The position numbers were made by a program, and so were the translations under genes. Below are positions 41,212 through 51,964 of a stretch of 64,000 nt of DNA, one piece after another. Source of the DNA: Escherichia coli (GTDB lineage: Bacteria > Pseudomonadota > Gammaproteobacteria > Enterobacterales > Enterobacteriaceae); NCBI RefSeq assembly GCF_002854065.1, contig NZ_CP024151.1. One strand, given 5' to 3'. Below the pieces are notes generated by a model, which was given only the letters and a program-made list of their open reading frames with translations, was not told where the DNA came from and made no database searches. Within the stretch, counting starts at the first letter, position 1; each line of letters begins with the position of its first letter.

Positions 41212-41721
41212 ATGAAAAAATGGATGTTAGCCATCTGCCTGATGTTTATAAATGAGATCTGTCTGGCCACTGATTGCTTTGATCTTGCAGGCAGGGATTA
41301 CAAAATAGATCCTGATTTACTGAGAGCAATATCATGGAAAGAATCCCGTTACCGGGTTAATGCCATCGGTATTAATCCGGTAACGGGATATGGCAGCGGA
41401 CTGATGCAGGTAGATTCCCAGCATTTTAACGAACTGGCCCGCTATGGAATTAAGCCGGAACATCTGACAACAGATCCCTGCATGAACATTTATACCGGTG
41501 CTTATTATCTGGCAATAGCCTTTAAAAAATGGGGCGTCTCCTGGGAGGCCGTTGGTGCATACAATGCCGGATTCAGGAAAACCGAACGCCAGAACCAGAG
41601 ACGTCTTGCCTACGCATCAGATGTTTACCGGATTTATACCGGGATAAAAAGCAGTAAAGGTATCCGGCTTCCGGCCACGAAGAAATCACTTCCGGAAATT
41701 AACAGCGAGCAGAACAATTAA
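41212..41721 (+). CDS. Lytic transglycosylase (orf169/geneX/P19 type), first gene of the leading region
   Basis: 169 aa from [12 protein letters not shown] (signal peptide) with SLT-like core ...[14 protein letters not shown]...GLMQV...AYNAG; SD GAGGTGGG before ATG 41212. Confidence 0.85.
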   Translation: MKKWMLAICLMFINEICLATDCFDLAGRDYKIDPDLLRAISWKESRYRVNAIGINPVTGYGSGLMQVDSQHFNELARYGIKPEHLTTDPCMNIYTGAYYLAIAFKKWGVSWEAVGAYNAGFRKTERQNQRRLAYASDVYRIYTGIKSSKGIRLPATKKSLPEINSEQNN

Positions 41722-41974
41722 TCTTACAGACATTGTCAGATACCGGTTATGCCGCAAAAGCGGCATGGAAGGCCACACACAAAAATATCATATGAGTGAC
41801 AATACTGACTGGCCGAAGCCCCGCGAAGCGGGAACCCATCTTATATATACCCGGTAACTGCGCAGCCTCCTGCCAGACCATTTTTCGCGGGCACAATATT
41901 TACAGACAACCGGAAAGCCGGTTGATGAAATCGAGGTATATCAGACGACACAGCAATGCCGAAAAATGATAATA

Positions 41975-42003
41975 TAAGTAAAGCCCCGAAAATTTTTTCG
42001 GGG
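41975..42003. terminator. Bidirectional hairpin terminator
   Basis: AAAGCCCCGAAAATTTTTTCGGGGCTTT perfect inverted repeat flanked by A/T runs, between convergent orf169 and the DUF932-like gene. Confidence 0.55.
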
Positions 42004-42017
42004 CTTTACTTATATTA

Positions 42018-42839
42018 TCATGACTTCCACTTTCTGAACTGTTCGGCAATCACCCATAACGCCTTGTTGATTCTTATATCACCATCAATACCTGTAATGG
42101 CTCTTGTCATGGTATTTTTCCCGGAGGCACTTCGCCCCGATAATCCACCTTTTATCATATTCTCCTGAACCCGCTGCCAGGTCGTCCAGAGATCGTTCTG
42201 TTTATCCTCCCGACGACGGGGAGTAATTATCTGTTCAGGCGTCACTGGCGTTTTATTTTCATCTTCATACCTGACCATCAGTGCAGCTCTGCCAAATAAA
42301 TGTTGCTCGTCACTGTTAAGATGAATTTCTTTCATCGCCTCCATATTATCAGTGACCTTATCAAAGACACCGAGTACTTCATACGCTCCCTCGATAACCT
42401 GCCCGACAATATCACCTTTATGTGGAACGCGGATTTCGCCAAAATTATTTCCGCACACCAGGCCATTTGTGCAGACAAAACGAAAAATTCCGGGGATCAT
42501 CTGATAACTGGATGAACCATCATGTGAATTAAGCAGGATAATTTCAGGAACTTCCTGCCCGTTAATATGCCCTTCCCTGCGAAGACGTAACATATGTTTA
42601 CTGTATTCGCGACGTCCCAAATCACGAACCCGACTCTGACAGGCAAAGAATGGCTGGAAACCTTCATCACGTAACTTATTGATGATATTGATTGTTGGAA
42701 TATACGTATAACGTTCACTCCGGGACTTATGTTTATCACCGGAAAATACCGAAGGCACGAACTGCATTAATTCATCATCCGTTAAAGGACGTTCACGGCG
42801 GATGGAATTATACCGACCAAAACGGGAAGTTAATCGCAT
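42018..42839 (-). CDS. Leading-region protein, DUF932-like (function unknown)
   Basis: 273 aa from MRLTSRFGRYNSIRRERPLTDDEL...; SD AAGGAG before ATG at 42839. Family name from memory. Confidence 0.7.
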   Translation of the reverse strand: MRLTSRFGRYNSIRRERPLTDDELMQFVPSVFSGDKHKSRSERYTYIPTINIINKLRDEGFQPFFACQSRVRDLGRREYSKHMLRLRREGHINGQEVPEIILLNSHDGSSSYQMIPGIFRFVCTNGLVCGNNFGEIRVPHKGDIVGQVIEGAYEVLGVFDKVTDNMEAMKEIHLNSDEQHLFGRAALMVRYEDENKTPVTPEQIITPRRREDKQNDLWTTWQRVQENMIKGGLSGRSASGKNTMTRAITGIDGDIRINKALWVIAEQFRKWKS

Positions 42840-42957
42840 AACAGCTACTCCTTTATGAAAGAATAAATTTAATAAAAAATTTTTCCGCTTAATATAATCC
42901 CCCCCGATCTCCATTAACAAGATTGCAACAATCAGGAGGGGTATTCATCACATCCGG

Positions 42958-43245
42958 TCAGCAGATCGCCCGGATATCGAGGCCGGCACGCTTAATCTGA
43001 CGCAGGAACTGTTTGAAGTGATCGGCTTCCGCAATGTTGATATGGCGGAACTGCTTATCCACACCCTGACTGAGCGCGTAGCTATAACTGAAGGCCATCT
43101 TTTCCGGGTGGCTTTTGCGATATTTTTTCAGCTCAGTCAGGCTGCTGAATTCCAGGACGTCCCACTCTTCCCCGGTGTTTTTTTTCTTCCCGGCAACAAG
43201 AAGCGTGTACGACGCGGTGTTAACGTGGATATTTCGGGTACTCAT
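42958..43245 (-). CDS. Small leading-region protein (DUF905-like), unknown function
   Basis: 95-aa ORF directly downstream (in transcription sense) of Frpo-like repeat copy 1. Confidence 0.6.
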   Translation of the reverse strand: MSTRNIHVNTASYTLLVAGKKKNTGEEWDVLEFSSLTELKKYRKSHPEKMAFSYSYALSQGVDKQFRHINIAEADHFKQFLRQIKRAGLDIRAIC

Positions 43246-43261
43246 CCTGCTTTCTCCTCTC

Positions 43262-43885
43262 TCTGGTTTTCAGCCCCCATCATCTGTTGAGTTTCGGGAG
43301 CCGCGGTTTTGACGTTTTGCGGGGACCTGCCTTTTGTTCCCTCCGGTATTCACCATCACCTTTTTGAGAACCTTCGCCGCAAGGGGCATCACTGCCACGG
43401 CCGGAAACGACTGTCCGGGGGCAGACCGCAAAAGTTTTTGCCTGCTTTTGAGCAAAAAGTTTTGCGGGATGTGCATTTCACCCCTGGACTGGCGGAGACG
43501 GTTGTGGCTGTCTATGCCCCCGGCGACAGGGGCTTAAACAGGTGAATGGCACCGGACACAACAACGGGCAGGGACCCGCCGCAACGACGTGAAGCGCGGT
43601 TTGCGAAACGGCGTTGCCCCTTACATCCCGGCGGCCTTTTGCCGGGATGCCGGGAGCGCAGGCCACGGCGCGACAGAGGCGGCGCGACCGGAACGGTCGC
43701 TGCAAGCCCGGGGTTTTCACGCATCGGACCGTAGCGACAGCCCGAAACCGCGCCAGCGGGTTCGGCGGAGACTGGCAGGTGCGCCAGCAGCTGCCTGTCG
43801 GAGTCGGGTCTGACGACCGGATGCCGCCAGGCAGCCGGGAGCCGAAGGTGCGCCCGGCAGACAGGACAACACTGCAGTAGTCAGA
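43262..43885 (+). repeat. Dispersed leading-region repeat, copy 1 (Frpo/ssi-like candidate single-strand promoter)
   Basis: About 620 bp, roughly 98% identical to 48604..49220 by eye; GC-rich with many inverted repeats; non-coding despite multiple track ORFs on both strands. Confidence 0.6.
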
Positions 43886-44166
43886 ATCAGAGCAGGAAGA
43901 AAAAGAGAATAATCACAGGGAAGGTGATGTGATTTCTGACAGGCCATAACCAGAGAAGGCGGGGGAAAAGAACGGGCGCCGCAGGCGCGCGTTCATCCCC
44001 GTTCCTGAAGGGAAACGACCTTCCTGAAGTCAGGTTGTTCATGCCCGTACAACATCAGCAAGGAGAAAGGGGCTACCGGCGAACCAGCAGCCCCTTTATA
44101 AAGGCGCTTCAGTAGTCAGACCAGCATCAGTCCTGAAAAGGCGGGCCTGCGCCCGCCTCCAGGTTG

Positions 44167-44325
44167 CTACTTACCGGATTCGTAAGCCATGAAAGCCGCC
44201 ACCTCCCTGTGTCCGTCTCTGTAACGAATCTCGCACAGCGATTTTCGTGTCAGATAAGTGAATATCAACAGTGTGAGACACACGATCAACACACACCAGA
44301 CAAGGGAACTTCGTGGTAGTTTCAT
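44167..44325 (-). CDS. hok: Hok-family type I toxin (flmA/hok-like)
   Basis: Reverse translation [52 protein letters not shown], a 52-aa Hok; below the 60-aa track cut-off, found by reading the overlapping mok frame. Confidence 0.9.
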   Translation of the reverse strand: MKLPRSSLVWCVLIVCLTLLIFTYLTRKSLCEIRYRDGHREVAAFMAYESGK

Positions 44326-44383
44326 GGCCTTCTTCTCCTTGCGCAAAGCGCGGTAAGAGGCTATCCTGATGTGGACTAGACAT
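44171..44383 (-). CDS. mok: Mok (modulator of killing), overlapping reading frame of the hok locus
   Basis: 70-aa track ORF overlapping hok in an alternative frame and starting upstream, as in hok/mok/sok loci. Confidence 0.7.
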   Translation of the reverse strand: MSSPHQDSLLPRFAQGEEGHETTTKFPCLVCVDRVSHTVDIHLSDTKIAVRDSLQRRTQGGGGFHGLRIR

Positions 44384-44400
44384 AGGGATGCCTCGTGGTG
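44325..44400 (+). ncRNA. sok: Predicted Sok-type antisense RNA
   Basis: Inferred from locus architecture (antisense to the mok translation-initiation region); no sequence-level confirmation, coordinates approximate. Confidence 0.35.
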
Positions 44401-44604
44401 GTTAATGAAAATTAACTTACTACGGGGCTATCTTCTTTCTGTCACACAACACGGCAACAAACCACCTTCACGTCATGAGGCAGAAAGCCTCAAGCGCCGG
44501 GCACATCATAGCCCATATACCTGCACGCTGACCACACTCACTTTCCCTGAAAATAATCCGCTCATTCAGACCGTTCACGGGAAATCCGTGTGATTGTTGC
44601 CGCA

Positions 44605-45324
44605 TCACGCCGCCTCCCGGAGTTTGTTCGGCACCATCCATCGCTCCATCTCACGGACGGCATGACCGGCCTCCCTTGCCGCCATACCAGCCTCTGCGAT
44701 GACCTGCCAGAATGGCATATCCTGCCACTGCCAGCGTTCCATTCCGGCCAGTGACGGAAAACGCTCGCCCCACTGCCAGAACAGGGTTTCCAGGTCATGC
44801 TCTGCCACCCGGTCACTCCAGCGTGCATGCCAGCTTCCGACTGTTTCCGGTGAATGAAATGCCAGTTCGATTTCAGCCTGAGCGACCAGCGCCTGGTACG
44901 CACGGGCTTTCTGCTCTGTCTCCCTCGCCTGCTGGCGGCTGTACTTCTGCATGACCAGCGCGGATTTATGGCGACTGCGTTCCCTGACACGAAACCGCAC
45001 CGACGGGAACAAGCGCTCTGCTGCATCACCGGGAAGGGGAAGGAGGCAGACCTCGCCCTGTGTTTCAATCAGCACATCGATGGCATACAGCCACTGAAGA
45101 CGGTTGCCGTGCAGTTCTTCTGCGGTCAGGGACGGCATGAAAAATCGCAGGTCAGACAGCGATATCCTGCGGCTTCCGTTCAGACAGCGGAAAAACGCCC
45201 CCGCATACGGATATTCAGCCAGCGTGTTACCCTGATGGCGGCGTTTTTCGGTCTCCGCCACCGCCCGCCATGCGGCCTGTTGCTCTGTGCTGAGAGGAAC
45301 CAGTGCCTGTGAACGTGCGCTCAT
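44605..45324 (-). CDS. psiA: PsiA (plasmid SOS inhibition protein A)
   Basis: 239 aa; sequence pattern and position directly downstream of psiB, as in F/R100. Confidence 0.88.
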   Translation of the reverse strand: MSARSQALVPLSTEQQAAWRAVAETEKRRHQGNTLAEYPYAGAFFRCLNGSRRISLSDLRFFMPSLTAEELHGNRLQWLYAIDVLIETQGEVCLLPLPGDAAERLFPSVRFRVRERSRHKSALVMQKYSRQQARETEQKARAYQALVAQAEIELAFHSPETVGSWHARWSDRVAEHDLETLFWQWGERFPSLAGMERWQWQDMPFWQVIAEAGMAAREAGHAVREMERWMVPNKLREAA

Positions 45325-45755
45325 GCCTGACCTCCTTCCGCCATCAGGATATGGATGATGTCGTTAACGCTGTATCCCTGCGTATCCAGTGACGCCGCCA
45401 GTGCCAGTGAATGGCTGACGGCTTCCGGTGCAAACCGCCGCTGTACCTGAACCACCGCAAACGGCTCACCACCGGCATTCACCAGAACCAGCACCCAGAC
45501 CTGGGAGACATCGCCCGGTGAACATAACGCCAGGTGAAAACGTTCGTGGGCAGGCGTGAAACGGACCTGGACGGGGAAAAAGCCGCCAAACTCGCTGCCG
45601 TACTCGCCGTTCATCGTCCAGTTGTCCGGCGCATCCAGCTCCCGCATCACGGCGTGTGTCAGCTCACGGCGTGCATCACTTCCGGCAGCCCGGATATCTT
45701 CATATTCCTGTGCGTTCATGGTATGTAATACATTCAGAGTCAGTTCAGTTTTCAT
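45321..45755 (-). CDS. psiB: PsiB (anti-SOS, RecA inhibitor)
   Basis: 144 aa from [73 protein letters not shown]...; near-identical to F PsiB. Confidence 0.93.
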   Translation of the reverse strand: MKTELTLNVLHTMNAQEYEDIRAAGSDARRELTHAVMRELDAPDNWTMNGEYGSEFGGFFPVQVRFTPAHERFHLALCSPGDVSQVWVLVLVNAGGEPFAVVQVQRRFAPEAVSHSLALAASLDTQGYSVNDIIHILMAEGGQA

Positions 45756-45809
45756 CACGGTATCTCCCTTGCTGCCGCCCCGTCTCCGGCGGGGCGGTGT
45801 GGTTGTTCA

Positions 45810-47768
45810 TCAGGCGGCATCAGCCAGGTTATCGGTGCGTTCAGTGGCATCCGTCTGTGGGCGTGGTGCACACATCCAGCCAGGCACCCAGCGGTTGTCT
45901 TTCATATGGTGCTCTGCATGTTCAGCCGCATCGCCTTTCTTCATCTTCTCCGCGTCCCGTGCGGCACCGGATAGTCCTGCCTCATTCAGGGCTGCGATAA
46001 TCTGCGGCTTTTTCAGGTGTCCGAAAAAGTTTGCTTTCGTCGGCTGCCACCAGTCGCGCATGTGAAAGCCGATGGCGCTCTCCAGCGTGTCCAGCGGACT
46101 GCGTGACGTGTGACCATACTCACGGGTCTGGACACCGTGGATACTGCACGCGGTGCAGAAACTGAGCAGTGATAACAGCACCTCCTGACTGAGTGACAGG
46201 AACGTCGTCATATCCCGTGCCCATCCATCCGGCAGCAGGGCGGCAAGACGGGCTTTTTCTGCCATCATCGTCATGAATGCGGCACCTTCCTTCCCTGACG
46301 GCGCATCGCTGGTCAGCGAATAATGCTCACATTCCAGGCGGATTCTGGCGGGATTGCTGTAAGCTCCGCTGCCAAATACATTCAGACAGAGTGTCCATGC
46401 CAGAAGTGCCAGGGATTTGTCCGGCTGCTGCATCAGTGCTGCCTGGACTGCCAGCGTGCGCTCTGAGGACATTTTCGTCAGCAGTGGCAGACTGATTTCC
46501 TCCACGGAGGCTTTCTCCTGCACCTGTTCCGTGTGGTCAGCGTCGTCAGCCACATCATCCTCACTGCGTAACTGCACACCACGCTGGACACATACGTTTC
46601 CATAACGCCAGGACACCACCACGCCACTTCCGGCACGCATCTCCGGCGTCCACGCCCTGACCTTCGCCATGCAGTCAATCAGCTTCATTTCTGCTTCCAG
46701 CAGGTCGGATTCCTCACACTGGTTTTCCAGCGCATCGTAACGTGCCATCAGTTTGTTCAGGCGTTCTTCTTCTGCCTCCGTCAGCACCGCTTCCGGCTCC
46801 GGCAGACTGCGGTATGTTCCGGCATCCTCACGGCACTCACCAACGGCCTCCATGCGTCCGGCACACCATCCCCAGCCCTCGGCTTCCCGAAGGTGTTCAG
46901 CAACAGCCTGGAGTTTTTCCAGCAGGGCAGCATCGAGCGCAACACAGTCCACATAGCCACCCTCGTCGTCGCTGAACAAATCGGTGCGCAGTTCATCTGG
47001 CGAGAAGGCATCAGCCCCCACAAAGCGGAATTTAGTGTTCCCCGCCACCGCCACTTCACTTTCGGTCACCAGACGACGAATGGTCTGTACTTCCGGTTTT
47101 CCGCCCCATCCCGACTGACAGGCAGCTTCAAACACCTGCACCTGACGCGCGGTGTCGTTCTCCAGCGCCAGCGCCTGACAGTGCTCTGTGGTGATGCGGT
47201 CTTCTGCCAGCGCATCGAGGATGACAGGCGCAAGGTCTGCCAGTTTCAGCATTCGCTGAACGTGGCGGGGTGAATAGCCCAGCAAATCACCGATTTGTGC
47301 AGGCGTTTTGCCTTCCTGCGCCATTGCACGGAATCCGGCAATCTGTTCGGCAGGGTGCATATCCCGACGATGACCGTTTTCAGTCATTGATGCGGCAGTC
47401 GCCAGTTCCTGCGGAATAACCTTCACGCGGACAGGCCAGTCAGCCGGAAGGATGTTGCGCTCTGCCAGCATGTTGAGTGCTGCCAGTCGGCGACCGCCTG
47501 CGGCGACACCGTAACGGTCACCTGGCAGGGCATGAACAACCAGATTCTGCAGCAGGCCGACGCCCTTAATGGACTCTGCCAGTTCGCTGACAGACTCCGC
47601 AGAATACGGCACCGTGCGCACATTCAGCGGTGACTTAATCAGCGAGGCCAGCGGCACGCTCACTTCAGCCGTCTCCGCCAGCAGGGCCGACAGGACTGTT
47701 TCCTGCGTTTTTGCAGGTTTACGGCTGGATTTACGCTCCGTTTTTACCTTAGACTCTGTAACTGACAT
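45810..47768 (-). CDS. Large ParB/Srx-like nuclease-domain protein of the leading region
   Basis: About 652 aa from MSVTESKVKTERKSSRK...; N-terminal ParB-like region (..GLLQNLVVHALPGDRYGVAAGGRRLAAL..); SD AAGGAG before ATG at 47768. Confidence 0.8.
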   Translation of the reverse strand: MSVTESKVKTERKSSRKPAKTQETVLSALLAETAEVSVPLASLIKSPLNVRTVPYSAESVSELAESIKGVGLLQNLVVHALPGDRYGVAAGGRRLAALNMLAERNILPADWPVRVKVIPQELATAASMTENGHRRDMHPAEQIAGFRAMAQEGKTPAQIGDLLGYSPRHVQRMLKLADLAPVILDALAEDRITTEHCQALALENDTARQVQVFEAACQSGWGGKPEVQTIRRLVTESEVAVAGNTKFRFVGADAFSPDELRTDLFSDDEGGYVDCVALDAALLEKLQAVAEHLREAEGWGWCAGRMEAVGECREDAGTYRSLPEPEAVLTEAEEERLNKLMARYDALENQCEESDLLEAEMKLIDCMAKVRAWTPEMRAGSGVVVSWRYGNVCVQRGVQLRSEDDVADDADHTEQVQEKASVEEISLPLLTKMSSERTLAVQAALMQQPDKSLALLAWTLCLNVFGSGAYSNPARIRLECEHYSLTSDAPSGKEGAAFMTMMAEKARLAALLPDGWARDMTTFLSLSQEVLLSLLSFCTACSIHGVQTREYGHTSRSPLDTLESAIGFHMRDWWQPTKANFFGHLKKPQIIAALNEAGLSGAARDAEKMKKGDAAEHAEHHMKDNRWVPGWMCAPRPQTDATERTDNLADAA

Positions 47769-47832
47769 ATATTTCTCCTTTGACCGGGGTGGTTGTATGT
47801 CTGCCGGACGTGATCCCCGTCCGGCACCTCTC

Positions 47833-48580
<748 letters not shown>

Positions 48581-48603
48581 GATGTGCCTCCTTCTGTTGA
48601 TGT

Positions 48604-49220
48604 TTTCAGCCCCCATCATCTTTTGAGTTTCGGGAGCCGCGGTTTTGACGTTTTGCGGGGACCTGCCTTTTGTTCCCTCCGGTATTCACCATCACCTTTT
48701 TGAGAACCTTCGCCGCAAGGGGCATCACTGCCACGGACGGAAACGACTGTCCGGGGGCAGACCGCAAAAGTTTTTGCCTGCTTTTGGGCAAAAAGTTTTG
48801 CGGGATGTACATTTCACCCCTGGACTGGCGGAGACGGTTGTGGCTGTCTTTGCCCCCGGCGACAGGGGCTTAAACAGGTGAATGGCACCGGACAGAACAA
48901 CGGGCAGGGACCCGCCGCAACGACGTGAAGCGCGGTTTGCGAAACGGCGTTGCCCCTTACATCCCGGCGGTCTTTTGCCGGGATGCCAGGAGCGCAGGCC
49001 ACGGCGCGACAGAGGCGGCGCGACCGGAACGGTCGCTGCAAGCCAGGGGTTTTCACGCATCGGACCGTAGCGACAGCCCGAAACCGCGCCAGCGGGTTCG
49101 GCGGAGACTGGCAGGTGCGCCAGCAGCTGCCTGTCGGAGTCGGGCCTGACGACCGGATGCCGCCAGGCAGCCGGGAGCCGAAGGTGCGCCCGGCAGACAG
49201 GACAACACTGCAGTAGTCAG
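48604..49220 (+). repeat. Dispersed leading-region repeat, copy 2 (Frpo/ssi-like), upstream of ssb
   Basis: Near-identical to copy 1; immediately 5' (in minus-sense) of ssb, the classical position of the F Frpo element. Confidence 0.6.
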
Positions 49221-49246
49221 AATCAGAGCAGCAGGAAAAAGAAGAA

Positions 49247-49294
49247 CAGTAGCAGTAGCAGTAGCAGTAGCAGTAGCAGTAGCAGTAGCAGTAG
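49247..49294. repeat. Hexanucleotide microsatellite (CAGTAG)x8
   Basis: Perfect tandem array adjacent to repeat copy 2; the homologous positions after copies 1 and 3 lack the array. Confidence 0.9.
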
Positions 49295-49472
49295 CAGGAA
49301 CAACAACATCAGTAACAGACAAATGACAGGCATGAAGAAACAGAAGCCCCCATCAGAACGTCCGCGTAATGAAAGGGGCGGCGCGTGAGCGCGGCCCCTT
49401 TCAGCACCACCGGCGCGCGTTTTTTCCCGGCGCGGGCAGACAGGCATTTATCCTCCCGCCGGCCCTGTGTCA

Positions 49473-50036
49473 TCAGGCACGCAGACGAATAATCATCGTC
49501 GGGACATCGGTATAAGCAAACGTGCCGCGCGGCAGCTCCTCGCGGACGTCAGAAAACGGTAACAGCTTCTCCTGCTGGCGTGGTCCGTTGAGACAGACGG
49601 CGACCAGCACGCCACCCGGACGCAACAGGGAAAAGGCCCGCAGGATATGCCGGATATCCTGCCCGTGGCTGAACGGCGGATTCATGATAACCCGGCTGTA
49701 ATACTGCACCGGCTGCCATTCCATGAAGTCGCCACACTGAACCCTGACACCGTTAAAATTTTCCCGCAGATACCGGACCAGCCCGCTGTTGATTTCCACC
49801 GCATCACACATGGCCCCCGGCGCGGTATCCCGAATCGCCCGCAGTATGGCCCCGGTGCCGGCAGAGGGTTCCAGAATGTGATCACGGTTGCTGATCTCCG
49901 CCAGCATCACCAGGCGATCACAGACCGGGGCAGGAGTCACAAAAAGCTGAGATTCAGCCCGGATTTCAGCAACCGGCGCGGCGTTATCCAGCCTTGCGCG
50001 CATCAGCCGGATACGTTCTCTTAACTGACTGTGCAT
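49473..50036 (-). CDS. Small class I SAM-dependent methyltransferase (N6-adenine/N4-cytosine-type motifs)
   Basis: 187 aa; motif I ILEPSAGTGAI and motif IV VIMNPPF; substrate (DNA, RNA or protein) cannot be decided from sequence. Confidence 0.7.
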   Translation of the reverse strand: MHSQLRERIRLMRARLDNAAPVAEIRAESQLFVTPAPVCDRLVMLAEISNRDHILEPSAGTGAILRAIRDTAPGAMCDAVEINSGLVRYLRENFNGVRVQCGDFMEWQPVQYYSRVIMNPPFSHGQDIRHILRAFSLLRPGGVLVAVCLNGPRQQEKLLPFSDVREELPRGTFAYTDVPTMIIRLRA

Positions 50037-50083
50037 ATCATTATCTCCGTCATCCCCCGGGGATTTTCCCGGGGGGATATACC

Positions 50084-51445
50084 TTATTTCTGTGGGATTT
50101 CCGTGATTTTCATGTCGGAGATATACACATTCACCAGGCGGAAATTATTGTCCATTGTGCGGCGGTACCGGTATGCCCCGTGGTCTTCTGCTTCTGCCAC
50201 ACTGCGCACGGCCTTACAGTCCCGGGGCAGGGCGGCCCACTGTGCCTTTGTCATTTCCCGGAAACCTTCCCCCGGATAGTTGACTACCGGCGGACGCTTC
50301 GCGGCCTGACTGGCGACGGCAGCCTCTTCTGCCGATGGTGCTTTGTAGTCCGTGATGCGATCGGGCGTCACTTTCATCGTGCCGCTGTACCCGAGAAAAC
50401 TGTAATTTGGCGTTGTGACTGAACTCACCGCCCCGTTGCTTTTGTTCACACGGATGATGGTCAGCCACTCGCCCCGGCTGAAAACCTGTCCGCCCGGCTC
50501 AAAATCCTGTGTCCGGGTAACCACGCCGCCGCTTTCGTCCAGCATGGCACGCTCATAGATCAGGCGGTTCTGATAGTGGTTAACCCAGCGTTGTTGATGC
50601 TGAATCTGCCGTTCATGACAGCGGATCGCAATTTCGCGGGCCTGCTCCGTGGTGATGATGTCATCATCCAGGGCCGACCATAACGATCGACTTCCTTCAT
50701 ACTGGCTTTTTTCTGCCGGGCGCGGATACGTATCCAGCGGGAAACAGGCGCTGATATGGTCATGACTGCTGATGAGTTTTGCCATATTCAGATCCAGCGA
50801 TTCAGCCCGCCACATCGTCAGATATTTCTGCGACTGCGCGATGGTCTTTTCAGCCTTGCGCAAATCAGCTTCGATTTTTTTGATACGACGCCAGCGAACG
50901 TCCGGACGTTCTTTATACTTCGCGTGAAGCAGTGCCGACCGCGCCCGCTCTTCCCAGTATTCCGCACGTTCAAAGAGCATCACGGCTCGTTTCATGCCGT
51001 TTTCAATACGCTGCGCATCACGACGGGCGCGGCGTTCGCTGTGATGCCCCACAAGAATGGGCTGACCGGGCGGGATCATCGCGGCCAGTCTTTCCACTTC
51101 ATCAAGTGCCTGTGCGGATTCACTGGCCCGCTTTCCGCTGTATCCGGTAAACCGCTCCGCCCGTGCTTCCTGACGTTCAGCGAGCGTGCTGTCTTCATCC
51201 TCAATCTCTCCGGCAAGTGAGAGGAGCACGTCTTCCCGGCCCGGTGTCCAGGCTGGCGCGACAAACAGCGCCTGTTTGGGTGCCCAGCGAAAACCGGCAT
51301 CATGCACTTTTTTATACGTCTCCGGGTCGAGGCGTGACGCGGCATACAGGCGCAGTTTGTTGTCATCCGGTGAGTAGGTCGCGCGGTACATCTGCACAGG
51401 GCTGGCGGCTTCCGGGGCGGTCATGGTGATTGCTGCTAATGTCAT
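50084..51445 (-). CDS. Hypothetical protein, 453 aa (leading region)
   Basis: Long ORF with coiled-coil-like basic/acidic middle region; no motif recognised by inspection; co-directional and tightly spaced with flanking genes. Confidence 0.65.
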   Translation of the reverse strand: MTLAAITMTAPEAASPVQMYRATYSPDDNKLRLYAASRLDPETYKKVHDAGFRWAPKQALFVAPAWTPGREDVLLSLAGEIEDEDSTLAERQEARAERFTGYSGKRASESAQALDEVERLAAMIPPGQPILVGHHSERRARRDAQRIENGMKRAVMLFERAEYWEERARSALLHAKYKERPDVRWRRIKKIEADLRKAEKTIAQSQKYLTMWRAESLDLNMAKLISSHDHISACFPLDTYPRPAEKSQYEGSRSLWSALDDDIITTEQAREIAIRCHERQIQHQQRWVNHYQNRLIYERAMLDESGGVVTRTQDFEPGGQVFSRGEWLTIIRVNKSNGAVSSVTTPNYSFLGYSGTMKVTPDRITDYKAPSAEEAAVASQAAKRPPVVNYPGEGFREMTKAQWAALPRDCKAVRSVAEAEDHGAYRYRRTMDNNFRLVNVYISDMKITEIPQK

Positions 51446-51496
51446 AAAATGTTCTCCTTCCGTCTGTTGCCGCCCCTCGCGGGGCGGCTCACCTCA

Positions 51497-51727
51497 TCAG
51501 TTAAAAGCGCGTTTCAGTTCGAGTGTGCGGAGCACCTGCCCGAAGGCCGTGTTTTTCATGGCGGGGATGTGTACACCACGCCCCCGGTGAAAACTCCGGG
51601 CAATGTGTCGCCCGAAGGCTTTCAGCACGGGGTCAATTTCCGGCGCGGGGATGTCTTCGCGTCTGAAACGGGGATGACGGCGGGGCTTTACAGCCGCTGC
51701 GGAAGGTGAAACAATACTTACTGTCAT
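51497..51727 (-). CDS. Hypothetical small basic protein, 76 aa
   Basis: First ORF downstream (minus-sense) of repeat copy 3; Arg/Lys-rich. Confidence 0.45.
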   Translation of the reverse strand: MTVSIVSPSAAAVKPRRHPRFRREDIPAPEIDPVLKAFGRHIARSFHRGRGVHIPAMKNTAFGQVLRTLELKRAFN

Positions 51728-51964
51728 AAATGAAACTCCTTATGACAAATTGGTTAACAATGCCGTCAAAATTGGTTGTGCAATTCTTACGGCGTGGATT
51801 AAGCAGGTCCCTGACCTGCTTTTTTCATATCTGCGTCTGACGTTCTACGGTGTTTTCCTCCTTCTGTTCCTGCGTTCTCATTACCTGCCAGCCGGATGAC
51901 TGACAGAACAAATAAATGCATATTGCCGGAGCCTGAAATAAATCCTGATTTTTAAAGAACATCA

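Noticed and set aside
43270-43947. Multiple 60-90-codon track ORFs on both strands inside repeat copy 1 (and the equivalent sets at 48606..49322 and 51991..52559)
   Set aside because: They lie within GC-rich dispersed repeats conserved at nucleotide level, overlap each other in all frames, are Arg/Pro/Gly-rich low-complexity translations, and lack RBSs; interpreted as non-coding structured DNA.
44171-44383. Track ORF 44171..44383 as a conventional 70-aa protein gene
   Set aside because: Its frame overlaps a perfect 52-aa Hok toxin ORF (44167..44325); it is annotated as the mok regulatory frame of a hok/mok/sok locus, not an independent protein.
49223-49447. 74-codon track ORF with a poly-Leu run
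   Set aside because: Generated by the (CAGTAG)n microsatellite read on the minus strand; as a 74-aa protein it is not credible. A shorter micro-ORF within it is kept as a low-confidence finding.
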